A stretch of 57,635 bases of DNA from Prorocentrum cordatum (Eukaryota), in contig CAUYUJ010000008.1 of assembly GCA_963575745.1 (NCBI GenBank), forward strand, positions 62,001-119,635, in the 5' to 3' direction. Positions 17,161-29,560 of the stretch are shown piece after piece. A model generated the notes under the pieces. It saw only the letters and a list, made by a program, of their open reading frames with translations. It was not told where the DNA came from and searched no databases. Position numbers and translations under genes: made by a program. How positions within the stretch are numbered: the first letter of the stretch is position 1; each line of letters opens with the position of its first letter.

Positions 17161-19770
17161 TCTCCCTGTCGCACCCCGAGGTTGGTTTTAGGGAGGGCCG
17201 GGCGTTTCGCCTGAAATGTCCTCACCATTTATGACCCTGGAGTTTAAAATATTGGCAACTGTTTCACAGATGGAGGGCGGGTGTTTTTCAAAGTGTGGTT
17301 CTCGCCTCAGCGCTGTACACATTCGTTTGAAAAAGTTGTAACACTTTCACAGCTTGAGGGCGGGTCGTTTTCAAAAAGTGGCTCTCGCCTTAGCGTCGCG
17401 CACATTCGCTTGACAAAAAAGCAAGAGCTTCACTATTTGAGGGCGGGTGGTTTTCAAAATGTGGATCTCGCCTTAGCGCCACGCACATTCGGTTCAAAAA
17501 ATGCAAGATCTTCACGGATCAAACTCGGGTGGTTTTCATAATGTAGTTCTCGCCTTAGCGCCGCGCACATTCGTGTAAAAAACTGCAAAAGCGTCGCGGA
17601 TTGAGGGCGGTTCCTTTTCAAACTGTGGTTCTCGTCTTAGCGCCACGCACATGCTTTCAAAAAATTATGAAAGTTTCACGGGTTCCCATGGTCGACGTAC
17701 CAGAAAAATGTGTTGGAAGGGTTTGCGATTATGGGAGCGCAACAGTTACGATGACTTCCGGTGTTGGAATTCCAGGAATGGCGTTCTGGCACCGTTCATG
17801 ATCGTCAAGACGCCACAGTCAGGGTGACTCGTGGCGTTGGAAGACCAATGTTTTAGGATGCTTCAGGGTCTTCAAAAAGTTGTCTTCAAACGAAGCAGGT
17901 CCCTCTGTGGAAATGAACCGCTGTGGAGGCCTATGAAAAGAGAGCTTTGGGGAGGGTTTATTCCAACATCGTTGGTGGCTCTTGGGTTTACACTGGTCCT
18001 CCTTCTACTCCTCCTCCTCCTCCTCTTCCTCCTCCCCCTCCTCCTCCCCCTCCTCTACCTTTGAATAATGTCTCCCTGTCGGGCGGGCCGGGCGGGCCGC
18101 CTGAGACTTCCTCATCACGTATGACCCTGAAGCTGAAAAATTGGCAACTGTTTCACAGATGGAGGGCGGGTCGTTCTCAAATTGCTGCTCTCGCCCTAGC
18201 GCCGCGCACATTGGTTTTGAAAATTGCAAGAGTTTCTGGGATTGAGGGCGGGTCGTTTTCAAAATGTGAATCCCGCCTTGGCGTCGCGCACGCTCGTTTT
18301 AATCATGCGCAACAGTTTCACAAATGGAGGGCGGGTCGTTTTCAAAATGTGGCTCTCGTTTCAGCGCCGCGCACATTCGCTTATAATATCTGCACATTCT
18401 CAACGTACCAGAAACGGCGTTTTGGAAGTATTCAGGATTTCGTGGTGCACCAATTCCGTTGACTCGCGGTGTTGAGGTCCCAGGAATGGCGTTCGGGCGC
18501 GACTCAGGATCGCCAAGACTCAACAGTCAGGTTGATCCGTGGCGTTGAATCCCAAGAACAATGTTTTGGCATGATTCAGGGTTTTCAAACGGTTGTCTTC
18601 CAACGAGGCAGTTCACTCAATCGAAATGAACCAGTGTAGGAACCTATGAAGAGGGAGCTTGGAGGGCGGGTGCATTCCAGCATCACTGATGACTCTTCGG
18701 TTTACACTGGTCCTCCTCCTCCTCCTACTCCTCCTCCTCCTCCTCATCATCATCATCATCCTCCTTCCCCTCCTCCTCCTCCTCCTCCTCCTCCTGCTCC
18801 TCCTCCTCCTCCTCCTCCTCCTCCTCCTCCTCCTCCTCCTCCTCCTCCTCCCTCCTCCTCCCCCCCTCCCCCTCCCTGTCCCCACCCCCCTCCCCCCCCT
18901 CCTCATCCTCTTCATCCTCCTCCTCCTCATCCTCATCCTCCGCCTCCTCCTCCTGCTCCTCCGCCTCCTCCTCCTCCTCCTCCTCCTCCTCCTCCTCCTC
19001 AATCCATTATGCTTCTGAATAACTCCTCCCTGTCGCACCTGGAACGCGCCGGTAGGGCAGGCTGGACGTTTCGCCTGAGACTTCCTCACCATTTAGGACC
19101 TTTTCAAGCCATGACTCTGCAACAGCTTCACGGATGGAGGGCGGGTCGCTTTCAAACTGTGGGTCTCGCCTTTGCGCCCGCGCCTTCGTTTTAAAAGTTC
19201 GCAAGAGCTTTACGGACGGAGGGCGGGTGGTTTTCAAAATGTGACTCTCGCCGTAGCGCCTCGCACATTCCTCTTTAAGTTTGCGAGAGATGCACGGGAA
19301 GGAAGGCGGTTGGTTTTCCACATGTGGCTTTCCACTTAGCGCAGCACACTTTCGTCTACAAGTTTCGCAAGAGCTTCACGGATGGAAGGCGGTTCCGTTT
19401 AAACATGTGGTGTTCGCCTTAGCGCCGCACGCACTCTGGCGTGCCAGAAATGGTGCCCTGGCACGCTGTAGGACTGTCCCGTCACAACAGTGACGTTGAT
19501 TCGCAGTGTTGAAGCCCCAGGAATGGTGTCCGGCAAGGTGTCCTGGTACGGTTCAAGATGTTCGGATGGTTGTCTTCCAACGGGGCATTTCCCAAGGTGA
19601 AAATGAACCCTTGTAGGGAGCTAAGAAGAAGAAACTTGGAAGGAGGTTTCATTGCAACATCGTTGATGATTCTTGGGCATCTAATGGCCCTCCTCCCCCT
19701 CCTCCTCCTCCTCCTCCTCCTCCTCCTCCTCCTCCTGCTCCCTCCTCCTCCTCTTCCTCCTCCTCCATCT
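17161..19770 (+). repeat. Three tandem copies of the SINE-like repeat (17161-17997, 18071-18711, 19026-~19690), each followed by (CCT)n
   Basis: Same 5' CTCCCTGTC..CGCCTGAGACTTCCTCA start, ~60-bp internal subunits and 3' segment running into CCT microsatellites as in 5601-6423. Confidence 0.87.
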
Positions 19771-20839
19771 CAAGCTCAACCTCCGCAGACCTCCGACGGC
19801 GTGTTTTGTTCAAGACGTCGGCCCCAGCCAACTCGACCGCATCGCCAGGACCAGCTTTTCTCGGGGTGGGGGAGAGAGATAACAGAGGTGGAAACCAGCT
19901 GCACGCAGCTGGCTTTCCTGGAAGCGGCCATGTATCGAGGAATGTGCCAGGGGGCAGGGCCGAAGCCACCTGCAAGCAGCAGAATTTCCTGGCCCGCCCT
20001 TTCCTCCCACACCCCCTTCGATCGTCCGCTCCGATTTTCATCCCGAATCATTTATCAAGGGCCCTGGGGCCCGAAAACGACCGCCGGAGGCCAAAACCGA
20101 GGTAAACAGCCAGCAGTTGAACAAATCATGACGGCGCAAATGCAAATCCGCGGATCCTGTCGGCGTGCGTGCGAGGCTTATCCGTTCGAGTCGTCTTCGC
20201 CGTCGTCGTCGTCGTCGTCGTCGTCGGTGCTCCCCTCCCTTGACGCTGATCCTCTTGAGTTGTCGTCGTCTTTTTCCGCCCTTGTCAATGTCTGTGAGCC
20301 CTCCACTTTAAAACGTTCCAGCCAGAAGAAAGTCCAGCAACGGCGTAATCAAGTCGAAAGGGAAGCACTTTCCCGTTGATCTCTTCCCCGGCGGTGGGGG
20401 GGCCGGGAGGGTCACGGAGAGGGCGGGGGCGGGGGGGCCAGCGGGGGGGGCCTGGGGGTTGTGACCCCCCCTCCCCTGAACGGGAGCACCCTCCATGGGA
20501 GAAGCTTTCCCCTTCGACTCCTTGCCTACAGGCGCCTCGGGCTCCCCTTTCAGGGTCGGCGGCACCAGCCGCCACGCCTCCACAATCAGGACGTCGGAAA
20601 TCTGGGTCCCCGGAAACCTTTCTGGAATCCCCTAACAGTCTGCTGGGCCCTGGAAGTCCCTGGAAGTCCCTAAAATATCCACCACCGTGCCGCTGGGCAC
20701 GGAGTGGGCGTGTCCCCAAGTTTTTGTTATCCAATCTTCCGAGCCTCAATCCTCACTCCTGAAGAGTCTTTCAAAGACCCAGGGCCCAAATTCAATTTTC
20801 CTGGGGGTTGCCGCAGTTCCCCGCGATTTGTCGCCTTAC

Positions 20840-21000
20840 GTTTGGGGCCCCAAGAGTGCTCTAAGACGGGCCAAGACAGCCGCCAGAGACCCCCAAGATG
20901 GTCCAAGAATGCTCCGAGTCGCCGAAGGATCGCAGACGCCCAAGACGGTCCCAAGATGGTCCAAGAGGCCTCCAAGACACCCGCAGAGGCCTCCCAAGTG
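20840..21000 (+). repeat. CCAAGA-rich degenerate short-period repeat (left half, split by the Copia)
   Basis: Recurrent CCAAGA(T/C/G)GG motifs; the same repeat continues at 29055-29460. Confidence 0.7.
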
Positions 21001-21224
21001 TGCAAGTGTAACTGGATATAGCGCAGTGGTATACTTATATCTCCACCCAGCGATCTGCGTCAGATCGGGTTCCTCTCCAGGAACCTCTGGTCAAAAACGC
21101 GTGCCCTTGAGCACAAGCGAGGGGGCGTACGCTCGAGAACAGAAAAACACAGCAACGGGCATACACAGCACACGCACGCTCACCTCACACGAAATGCTCA
21201 GGCTTGTCACTAAGGAAATCAGCA
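21001..21224 (-). repeat. 3' LTR of the Copia element
   Basis: TGCAAGT...TAAGGAAATCAGCA, alignable with 28550-29054; TG...CA ends. Confidence 0.9.
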
Positions 21225-21299
21225 CGGATAAGGGTCCTCCAAGCTGAGCGCATGTCAGTCCTGATCTTCATCCGAACTGCAATCACATGATGTGGCCTC

Positions 21300-24200
21300 G
21301 TAGTCGGGAAGTCCCCCTCGTGGTAAGCTGCTCGCGATAACGCTATAAATAGTCCTCCCGATGCTTCTGAATTCACCTCACGTAGCACTCCTGTTGGTGA
21401 GTGCTCAAAAGGGGGCATGCCGGCAGCCTTCCGCTTCCTGGCACGGTACTTGGCGTCATAGATTAGTTTCCACCGGTGTCCGCTGCTGTAACGCATCCTC
21501 AGCTGGCCTGGCTCGCGCCCCTTCGTCAACGAGTTCGCCAGCTGGGCACCGCCACGCACCCAGAATACCCTGTTGTTGGCGGCCGTCGTCCCTTCCTCCA
21601 GGGCCATCGCTTCCGCGTCAGTCCGCCTCTCCTTGCCCCAGTAGGCGCACACCGTCGTCTGGAGCTTGCCGTAGGCCGTAGAGGCCCTTGGCATCCACGA
21701 CCACGGCGGCTGGCCGCCTAGACAGAGCCCCCCCGGGTTCCTCGAGTCGATGTTGCCCCCCAGAATCTCCAGCCACTGCAACTTAGCACCGAACACCTCA
21801 TCTTCGCCATCCACCGCTGGCCTCGTCTCGCATGCGACTGAACTGCGACATCCACGATCTATCATACCAGACACCCATGACATCACGCCCACGTCCGCCT
21901 CGTCGCCCCGGGGGATCTTCAGCGGGACCACGCCGCAGACGAGGCCCTCGGTGGACTTCCCGCCCGGCCGCCACGACTCCGAGGAGTCGGACCGCTCGAT
22001 CGGCACGAGCACCTGCGCCTGGGAATGACTACGGATCACCACTGGGAGGTCAGCACACTCTCGAACACGGTCGACCAGGCGGCTCGTCTCATTGATGGTC
22101 TGCACCGTGGATGATGGAATCGCGCTGAGCAGCAGGCTTGCGTCTGCCGGGCGCACGGGCCCTGACTGTTCGGAGCGCCATTCACTGCGCCGAGGATCGC
22201 CCTGAGCTCCCCCTTCTTCTTGTCGGTAGTCGGCGCGCCCTTGTTCTTCTTACGCTCTGGGGACAGGACTGCCTTCTCGATGGACTTGATGCGCTCGCTC
22301 TGGTCCATGCGGAAGCTTTTGTCTGCTGCTTGATCGGGGCGCCCGTCTGCATGAACTCGTCCGTCTCCCACGTCTTCCACTTGACGCACTCCTCAATCCT
22401 CTTGCGCGCGTCGACCCACCTTGGGTCAGACTCTTTTGCCCCAATCAGGAAGTCGCCCACGTGCCAGCCGGCAATGACCGCGATGTCAAGATCGCCCTTC
22501 GCCGCGATCAGCATGTCCAGCTTCTCGGAGCCCACGACGCCCCCCAGTGCCTCCTTGGCGAAGCTATTGCCCATGCCACTGGCATCTCCGCGCAACACCC
22601 AGACGCGCGGATCCATCTTCATCTGGGCCCAGCCAAACTCCTCAAGCACCTCGCTGGCTGTCATGAACCACTCCATGGCAGCCCCCACGAGCCAGTAGAC
22701 GGCCTTCCGCAGCCACATCGCGGCGCCGTCGGACACCCCAAGAGCGGCGGCGAGCTCCCCGACTGGCATCACGAAGAGGTCGCGCTGGATCTCCCGATTC
22801 TGCGCGAAGGCCCCGGTCACGTCTGAATCCAAGCCAGAACATCACCTGCAGCACCAGGTGTCGAGACGTCCACGTCACGGTGGGCACTGTAGTCGGGCGG
22901 CGTTCGTACTCCGGGTGCAGACCACGATCCTGGCCCATGGCTTCTTTTCGCCTGCGGCCTCGTCGATCTTCCACTCCAGGATCCACCACGCTCGCATGAC
23001 GTCCTCCGGCGGTGGAGCGACCCCTGGTGGCAGAGATTCCAGCACGGAGGCGATCACACAGTTGTTCGCCTCGGTGGCCTTCGCAACGCTGAATTTCGAC
23101 ACCTCGTCTGGGGCGAGTCCGCGCTGAGATCCCTCGCTTGCCCTCCCGCAGCTGGCCCGCCACGCGGGCGCCCACGCGCCTCGTGGCCCGCTTCGAGGCC
23201 TCACCTGCGAGCGGCATCTCCACCGACACCTCCAGCGACGTTCCCCGCCTTGCCCAGAAAGCCCAGGCATCTGGGGAGGCCTTGGTCATGAGCGCGGCCC
23301 TCTCCGTCATGGTCGCCTCAGCTGCACTCTCGCCGCCTTCACCCCGCCCGAGGCGCCGCCTGGGTGCCCCCCCTTCTTCCGGATCGACTTCCGCGCTGGC
23401 TGCGTAGGCGAGCCCCTCGGCGACTCGCTCTGCGGCCCCCCATGGCTTGCCATCTTCTATGGTGGAGCTGACTCTGGCAACCCTTCTCGGGAAGCCAGCT
23501 CCTCGTCAGGGTCGGTGGGGTCGTGGCCTGAGAAGTCCAGGTGATCCTGTCTCATCGCCTGGTTCACGAGGGCGCGCACGGTCCACGGGGCGTCTTTGCT
23601 TGCAGCCCATGAGCCCCGCGCGGGCAATCTCACATGCCGACTCTGCCGGGATCTGGCACAGGTCCGCCTCGATGACGCGGCCGGCCCGGGCGAGCCAGAC
23701 CACGGGGCCAGCCCGTCCTGGATGCAAGCAAGGTCTGGTTATCCCCGAGGTCGCCGTCCACCGGGCGGCTGGTCTCCGCGGCGAGCACCCGCGCGAGGCC
23801 CTTGAACCGGCGTTTGGCCTCGCCCTTCTCCTTGCGGAAGTAGCGCGCCCACGCGCCTGTGGCCACGGCCTGTGGCGCCTGGTTATTCGCGTTCTCTGCC
23901 CGGCTGATCCGTCGCATGTAGACCTGCCTCAGCTACTCCTGCTCTGCCGCATGCATCTTCGCGCAGTTATCGCCGCACTCCTTGTCAACCCGCCGGGCCC
24001 CCACGCAAGGGAGCTCGCCGAAGTCGCTCTCAGAGAAGTGGCCGTCGAGGTCTGGCGCCCTTCCCAGTGCACGCTGTAGCGGGGAGTGGCCGCGGACGTC
24101 ATCCCGGGAATTCGCAGCGGCAGTAGCCCGAGCCAGAGCCCCCTCGGCGGACATCTCCGGGTGGACCGCCACGAGCTTGTCCATCGCACCCTTCGTGGCC

Positions 24201-27200
24201 GGGATGGCCTCCTCCGCGAGGGAGATGCGCCGGTGGGATTGCCCCGGGATCGGCTCGTACCCGATGGAGTCGGCGTCGAAGCACTCCGCGGCCTGCTTGG
24301 CCATCCACGAGCCCTCCGGGCCCACCTTGGCTCTTTGGGGCTTCCCGAAGCACGGCGACCACCGCTCCTCGCAAAAGCACTTCAGGTCGGCCCACGCTGG
24401 TTTCCGACGTCGGTCCTCGCCCACCATGTTGTAGAATAACTTGCTGGCCCTCACCCGGCAGTTCTCCCCCATGATCTGTGAGAACTTGGACTCGATGTTA
24501 TTCCGAGGGTGCCCCCACTCAAACTGGTCGGCCTGGATGCGCTTCCACCTCGGGGGCAGGGCCTCGAGGCTGACTGGCGGGCGCGTCGGGCGATGGTGGT
24601 TCGCCTCGGCACAGGCGTCGCACTGGAAATCATCCGCCACTTGCAGCACCCGAGGGCTCACCCCGCTCCTCCTGAGCGCGCTCACCGTGGGGGCCTTCGG
24701 ACTGCGGCCTGATCCCCGATGCGCCGAGGTGCGCCATCGCATAATATACTGGTGCTCCTTGGAGCTCGGGTCCGCATCCGTGGAGGTCTTTTCCTTGCCA
24801 GCGGCCAAGGCCTGCCCCTCGCGCAACTCGGCCACGGCCATGCCCCTCATGAGCTCACGGTAATCTGGCGAGCTCTCACCGATCATGGCTCGCACCGCTC
24901 TCTTCGCAAACTCGTCCGCGCAGTAGCTGGCGGACGCGGTGAGTCCGCCTCCTGCAAGCTCGCCGCGCCGATGGCATCCTGGACACTCCACGGCCACCCT
25001 CGCCGCCATCTTCGGGGACCTCAAAAGAGGGTCTCCCTTCTCGTTCTTCACCCCGAGCTGGCACCCAGCTACCTCGGCCACGGTCATCGCGCAGCCCTCC
25101 ACCATTTGCCCAATCATGGCGCGGCCCAGTCCCTGGCACTCAATGAGCAATTCCCAGTGCGCGTGCTTGCCCTGTGCCACCTGATCGCACACTAGCTGCA
25201 CCTCACCATTATACTCATCGATCGCCTGGAGTCGGCGCTTCCTTGCGGCCTCAGCCCTCACCGGGTTGGAGCCATTGAAGTCGAGGGTGAGCGTCGACAG
25301 CGGTCCACACCTCGTGCTGATCCAGAGGTGGCCCGGTTCCGACTCGTCGCGCGTCTCCCTGGCCTTCTGGCTCCCCGCTGGGGCCCCTAGTTTGCGCCCT
25401 TTCCCGGAGCCGGCGCGCCGGACTGCGTTTCTGCCAAACTGCTCGGCCATCTTCGCGCTCAGGATGGAGGCAGGGACTGCAGGCGACATCCATGAACTTG
25501 GCCCCTCCTTGGGCGAGCAGTGACTCAAGGTCCCTTGTGCGGTCGTTTTCCCTGATGCACTTCGCGAGCCAGCGCTGCTCCCTCGGGTCCAACTATTTCG
25601 TGTAGTTCAGACCCTGTCCAGACCATCCTGACTGGAACCCACTAGAAGGAAGCTCCCGTCGGCTGCGCTCGGTGCTCTTGGCTACCCCTCGAATCTCTCT
25701 AGCCGCTGGCTGAGCTGGCCCAGCGCTGACATCATCTCCTCCTGGACACGTCGGTTGGCCCGCTTCTCCGCTAGGTCCGCCCCCCCGCAGGGCCGTCCGC
25801 CATCAGAGCGCCCACTGCCCTTCGGCGAGATGACTTCGCGCCCCCTCGAGCCTTGGCCGGCCCCGCTGGGACATTCGCGTAGCCCCTGGAAATCTGCGTC
25901 TCCGGTTGGACAACCCCCGCCACTGTGAGCCACGAGACGAACCCGGCGAGCTCCCAGCTGCCCTCGGCGTTCGCCTCCTTCTTGGCCCACTCCGCGTGGG
26001 GCGGGTACTGGTTCAGGACCTGCCGGTACGTCAGGGCGCCGTGCTTCCCGAACCCCACGTAGTCGGTCGGCTCTGTCGCGGTCTTCCGGCGGACTGCCTC
26101 GCGGATCGCCAGCTTGAGCGACGCACTCGTCATGTTCGGCGCGACGTGGGCCCCGACCTCGGTCGCCTCCTCGATTAGCTCGGCCTTCCCCATAGAGCTG
26201 ATGCCCCCCACCGCCCCCCGCGCCTCGGTCTCGTTCCGCGAAGACAGGTCATCCTTGATGATCTGCTTCAGCTCGTCCGAGCTCCAGGCAAGGCTGCAGA
26301 TCACCTTCACTGCCTTCGCCTCGAGGAGCCCGTGCACCCCACTGCGCAATGTTGGCATTGCCCTTGCCCGAGTCGCACTGGCGCGCGGTCTGGGCGCAGG
26401 CGAGCTGCATGGCCCCTCGGAGGAAGCCGCCGCAGCGCATCTCTCTGCCATCGACCGGCGACTGCTGGGAATATGAGCGATATGGAAGGTCTGGCGGCGC
26501 CGGTAGCTCCACAGTGTCGATCAACCCATATGCTGGAGATCGCGCTGGGCTCGAGCCACAACGGCCATGGGCGCGTCCGCGAGCCCCGCCAGGACCTGGT
26601 GACCACTCCGTCTGACCCGTCGATTCTGGCTCGGCCGAAAGTAAGCCGATGGTAGTGATTGCGAGACAAGGGGAAGGGGGTGGACTCAGTTATTCCCCAT
26701 CTCGCACCACGCGCCCATCCGGGCACTTCTCTGAGTCCTGGCTCGCAGCTGCATACCTGCCAGCCCCACTCAGGGATGTGACGGCCGTTCTCGATGAAGT
26801 TCTGCAGCTCGGTCGGGCCCTGGACCCACTGCTCGAGGAGGTCGCCCACCAGGCTCATGTAGTAGTGGCCACTGTCTGGCGACTCCTCGAGTTGGACCGG
26901 GGCGCCCGGGGCCAGCTCCACGAACACTGCGACGCCTGCGTCGCAATCCACGATGGCCCCCAGTTTCTTCAGCACCTGCTTGGACACGAGGATCGGGGCA
27001 TCCTTCGCGAAGCCGTCGATGGCGATGTCTCCCTGCACGCCCGCGCCCGCGATCCCGAACTTCACCTGGCCGCAGGCGCGCCCCTTCTCGCCATTCCCGA
27101 TGCTGCACACCAGGCGGTAGTTGTGGTTCACCTCCTGGAGTCTCGCCTCCCCGTACTTCTCCATGTTTTTGCGGGCAACGATGTCGAGCGCGCGCGCACC

Positions 27201-28512
27201 TCCCATGGCGCCCGCGCAACCCAGGTCGGCGATCCCCTTGCCCTCACGGATGGCCTGCTCTGCAAACATCGCCTCGCACGGCGAGCCCCCAGACCCTTGC
27301 TCGGCGGCCATCGCGGCCACGAGATTGAACTTCAGCTCCTTCCTGCAGGTGGCCACCCTCGCGCTCGCGTCTGGCGCGCTTGTCGGGCCACCTCTGAGAC
27401 GTGGGCCATGGCGGTCGGGACAGTCCTGCAGCCAATGAGCTCCACCGCACTTCGTGCACTTCTTCTGGCCCGTGTTTGGCGGCTCGAGCTGGCCCCTGCC
27501 TCCGAACTGGGTGCCCATCGGCCGGCGCGACCCCGCTGGGAATCCTCCGCCAGATCCTCGGCCACCTCTCTTGGCAGGGTTGGCTGGTCGCCCTCCACGG
27601 TAGAAGCCTCGGCTCAGGTGGCTGTCTGCCTGTGCCTCGCGAGCCTGGCGGAGAGTCCGCCGGGCGCTGTGGATCGCGGCCAGCGCCTCCGCCTCCTCGT
27701 GATGGGCCGCCAAGTACGTCTCGATGTCGTCCTCGTTGGCCTCCGCCTGATCCAGGTCCTCATCGTACATCCCTGGAGGCCCTTGCCCTGCCACGAAGCT
27801 GCCCGCGTCCATGTTATCCTCCTCGCCGTCCTCCCCCGCGCGGTCATCCTCACCGAGCTGGGCTGCATACGCCTTCGGGTACTTGCCCTGTCCATCACGC
27901 TCTGCTAAGTCATCGTCCTCCCAGCTTGATGCCAGCTTCTCGCGCATGATGCTGACATCGAGCGACCCTGAGGTCGCAGTAAGGATTGCCGATCTCTGGC
28001 GGGAGTCGAGGCCAGAGCGCGCGAGCATCACCCAGCCGAGGACGAGCCCTGGAAAGACCTCTGGCACTTCGGCCACCTCCTCCTCCGCCTCAGCATCAGG
28101 AGCTGCAGCACTCCAGTGGTGAGAGTCCTCGGTCTCATCGTCTCCTCGGCCGTCAGTATACCCCCACGTCCATTCTGAATCAAGCGGCCAGTCCTTCTCG
28201 ATCCATCTCCATGGCCTGGACGTCTGCTGGACAGCCGACATCAGGGACCGCTTGGCGCGAGCACCTGCGCTCGAGCCACGCTAGGAGCCTCTTGACCCCG
28301 CTTGCCCGGGAGAGCCAGCCGGGCTTGCAGCGCTTGACCGCGACCTCGGCCCTGCTCGTGAGACGTGCCTCGAGCCTCGCGCCGCACAGGTACCTGTCCT
28401 CACGTTTGGTGCCCTCCTGGTACTGGAGAGCCTTCCGCCTGTATGTGTGCCAGGTCTTAGGGTCTCCGTCCCAGCCTGGCACCTTCTCCTGATGATCGTC
28501 ACTCGACTTCAT
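21300..28512 (-). pseudogene. Copia gag-pol polyprotein, multiply frameshifted
   Basis: ATG at 28512. Domains are spread over ORFs 28180-28554, 26307-28241, 25771-26451, 23933-25528, 22182-23270 and 21185-22156. Catalytic Asp residues are lost (HVGD at 22452-22463; KVGPEG near 24320). Confidence 0.9.
24880..25510 (-). other. Degenerate C5-cytosine methyltransferase-like domain inside the Copia pol
   Basis: FMDVACSP..SILS (motif I-like), EPGHLWISTRCGPLS (PC motif IV-like), GKHAHWEL (ENV/ENP motif VI-like), GCQLG and LTASASYCADEF (motif X-like), positioned between protease and integrase. Confidence 0.55.
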
Positions 28513-28549
28513 GGCAGGGTTCCGTGTCCACCACGTGCTCCTCTTACCG

Positions 28550-28883
28550 TGCAAGTATAAATGGATATAGCGCGGTTGTGTACTTTATCTCTCCACCCAG
28601 CGATCTGCGTCAGATCGGGCTCCTCTCCAGGAACCTCTGGTCAAAAACGTGTACCCCTGAGAACAACCGAGGGGCGATCACCCGAGAAAAAAAAAACAAC
28701 AACAAAAAACAAACAACAAAACAAAAACACACTTGTGTTTAAATGTTTTGGTAAAAACATGGAAATAATAATTAATGAATAAATAAATAAATACATAATG
28801 TTTTATTTTTTTGTAAAAAAAAAAGAAAAAAAAACAACGACGACAACGACAACAACAGCAGCAGCAACAGCAACATCAACAGC

Positions 28884-28941
<58 letters not shown>

Positions 28942-29054
28942 GCAACAGCAACAACAACAACAACAACAGCAAAAAAAACATCCACAGCGTACACGCACGC
29001 TCACCTCACACGAAATGCTCGAAATGCTCCGGCTTGTCACTAAGGAATTCTGCA
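28550..29054 (-). repeat. 5' LTR of the Copia element, expanded by an A-rich/(AAC)n tract
   Basis: Aligns to 21001-21224 apart from about 280 extra bp at ~28690-28980. A putative PBS (CGGTAAGAGGAG on the minus strand) follows immediately at 28549. Confidence 0.88.
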
Positions 29055-29460
29055 CAATGGGCCCCAAGATGCGCCTTAGGTTGTTAAGCGATGTTGCCGT
29101 TCTCGCCTTTTCGGCTTCCCGACGCTTCAAGACGGCCCACGAGGCCCCCAAAATCGCCCCAAGACGGCCCAAGAGGGCCCCAAAACGGCCCATCAGGCGC
29201 CCAAGACGCCCCAAGAGGGCCCAAAATCAACCCCAAGAGGGAGCCCAGATGGGGAACCCAAACGGACATTGCGAGCCCTCGGCCCCCAGGGGCCCTCAGG
29301 AGGCCCCAGGAGGCCCCCAAGAGGCCCCCAAGGAGCCCCCAAGAGGCCCCAAGAAGCCTCCAAGAGGCCTCAAAAGGCCCCTAAGAGGCTCCCAAGAGGT
29401 TCCCAAAAGGCCCCAAATTGCTCCCAAGAGGCTCCCGAGAGCGTTCCGAAGAGACCTGAC
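29055..29460 (+). repeat. CCAAGA/GGCCCCAAGA-rich degenerate repeat (right half)
   Basis: Many GGCCCCAAGA(G/C) units, same family as 20840-21000. Confidence 0.75.
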
Positions 29461-29560
29461 AAAGCATCCCTGAGAACTATGACCCGCAACCCAGGCACGG
29501 TGGCGGCATGGGCCGACGGCCAATAGATACTCCCTCCTCCGACTCCCCCTCGACCAGGGC

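Larger units (their letters stand above)
21001..29054 (-). mobile_element. Ty1/Copia-type LTR retrotransposon, decayed, with a DNMT-like extra domain
   Basis: Paired LTRs bound a minus-strand gag (VPGWDGDPKTW..), CCHC knuckle (CTKCGGAHWLQDC), protease (GIADLGC), integrase (H..CDAC; IQADQF; LAEEAI), RT (DVTGAFAQ; LRKAVY; MDPRVW; HVGD) and RNase H (KERRT; QLANSLTK). PR-INT-RT-RH order is diagnostic of Copia. Confidence 0.93.

Noticed and set aside
26649..27908. 419-aa plus-strand ORF (and similar antisense ORFs at 47519-48316 and 51520-52374)
   Set aside because: Antisense shadows of GC3-rich minus-strand coding sequence.
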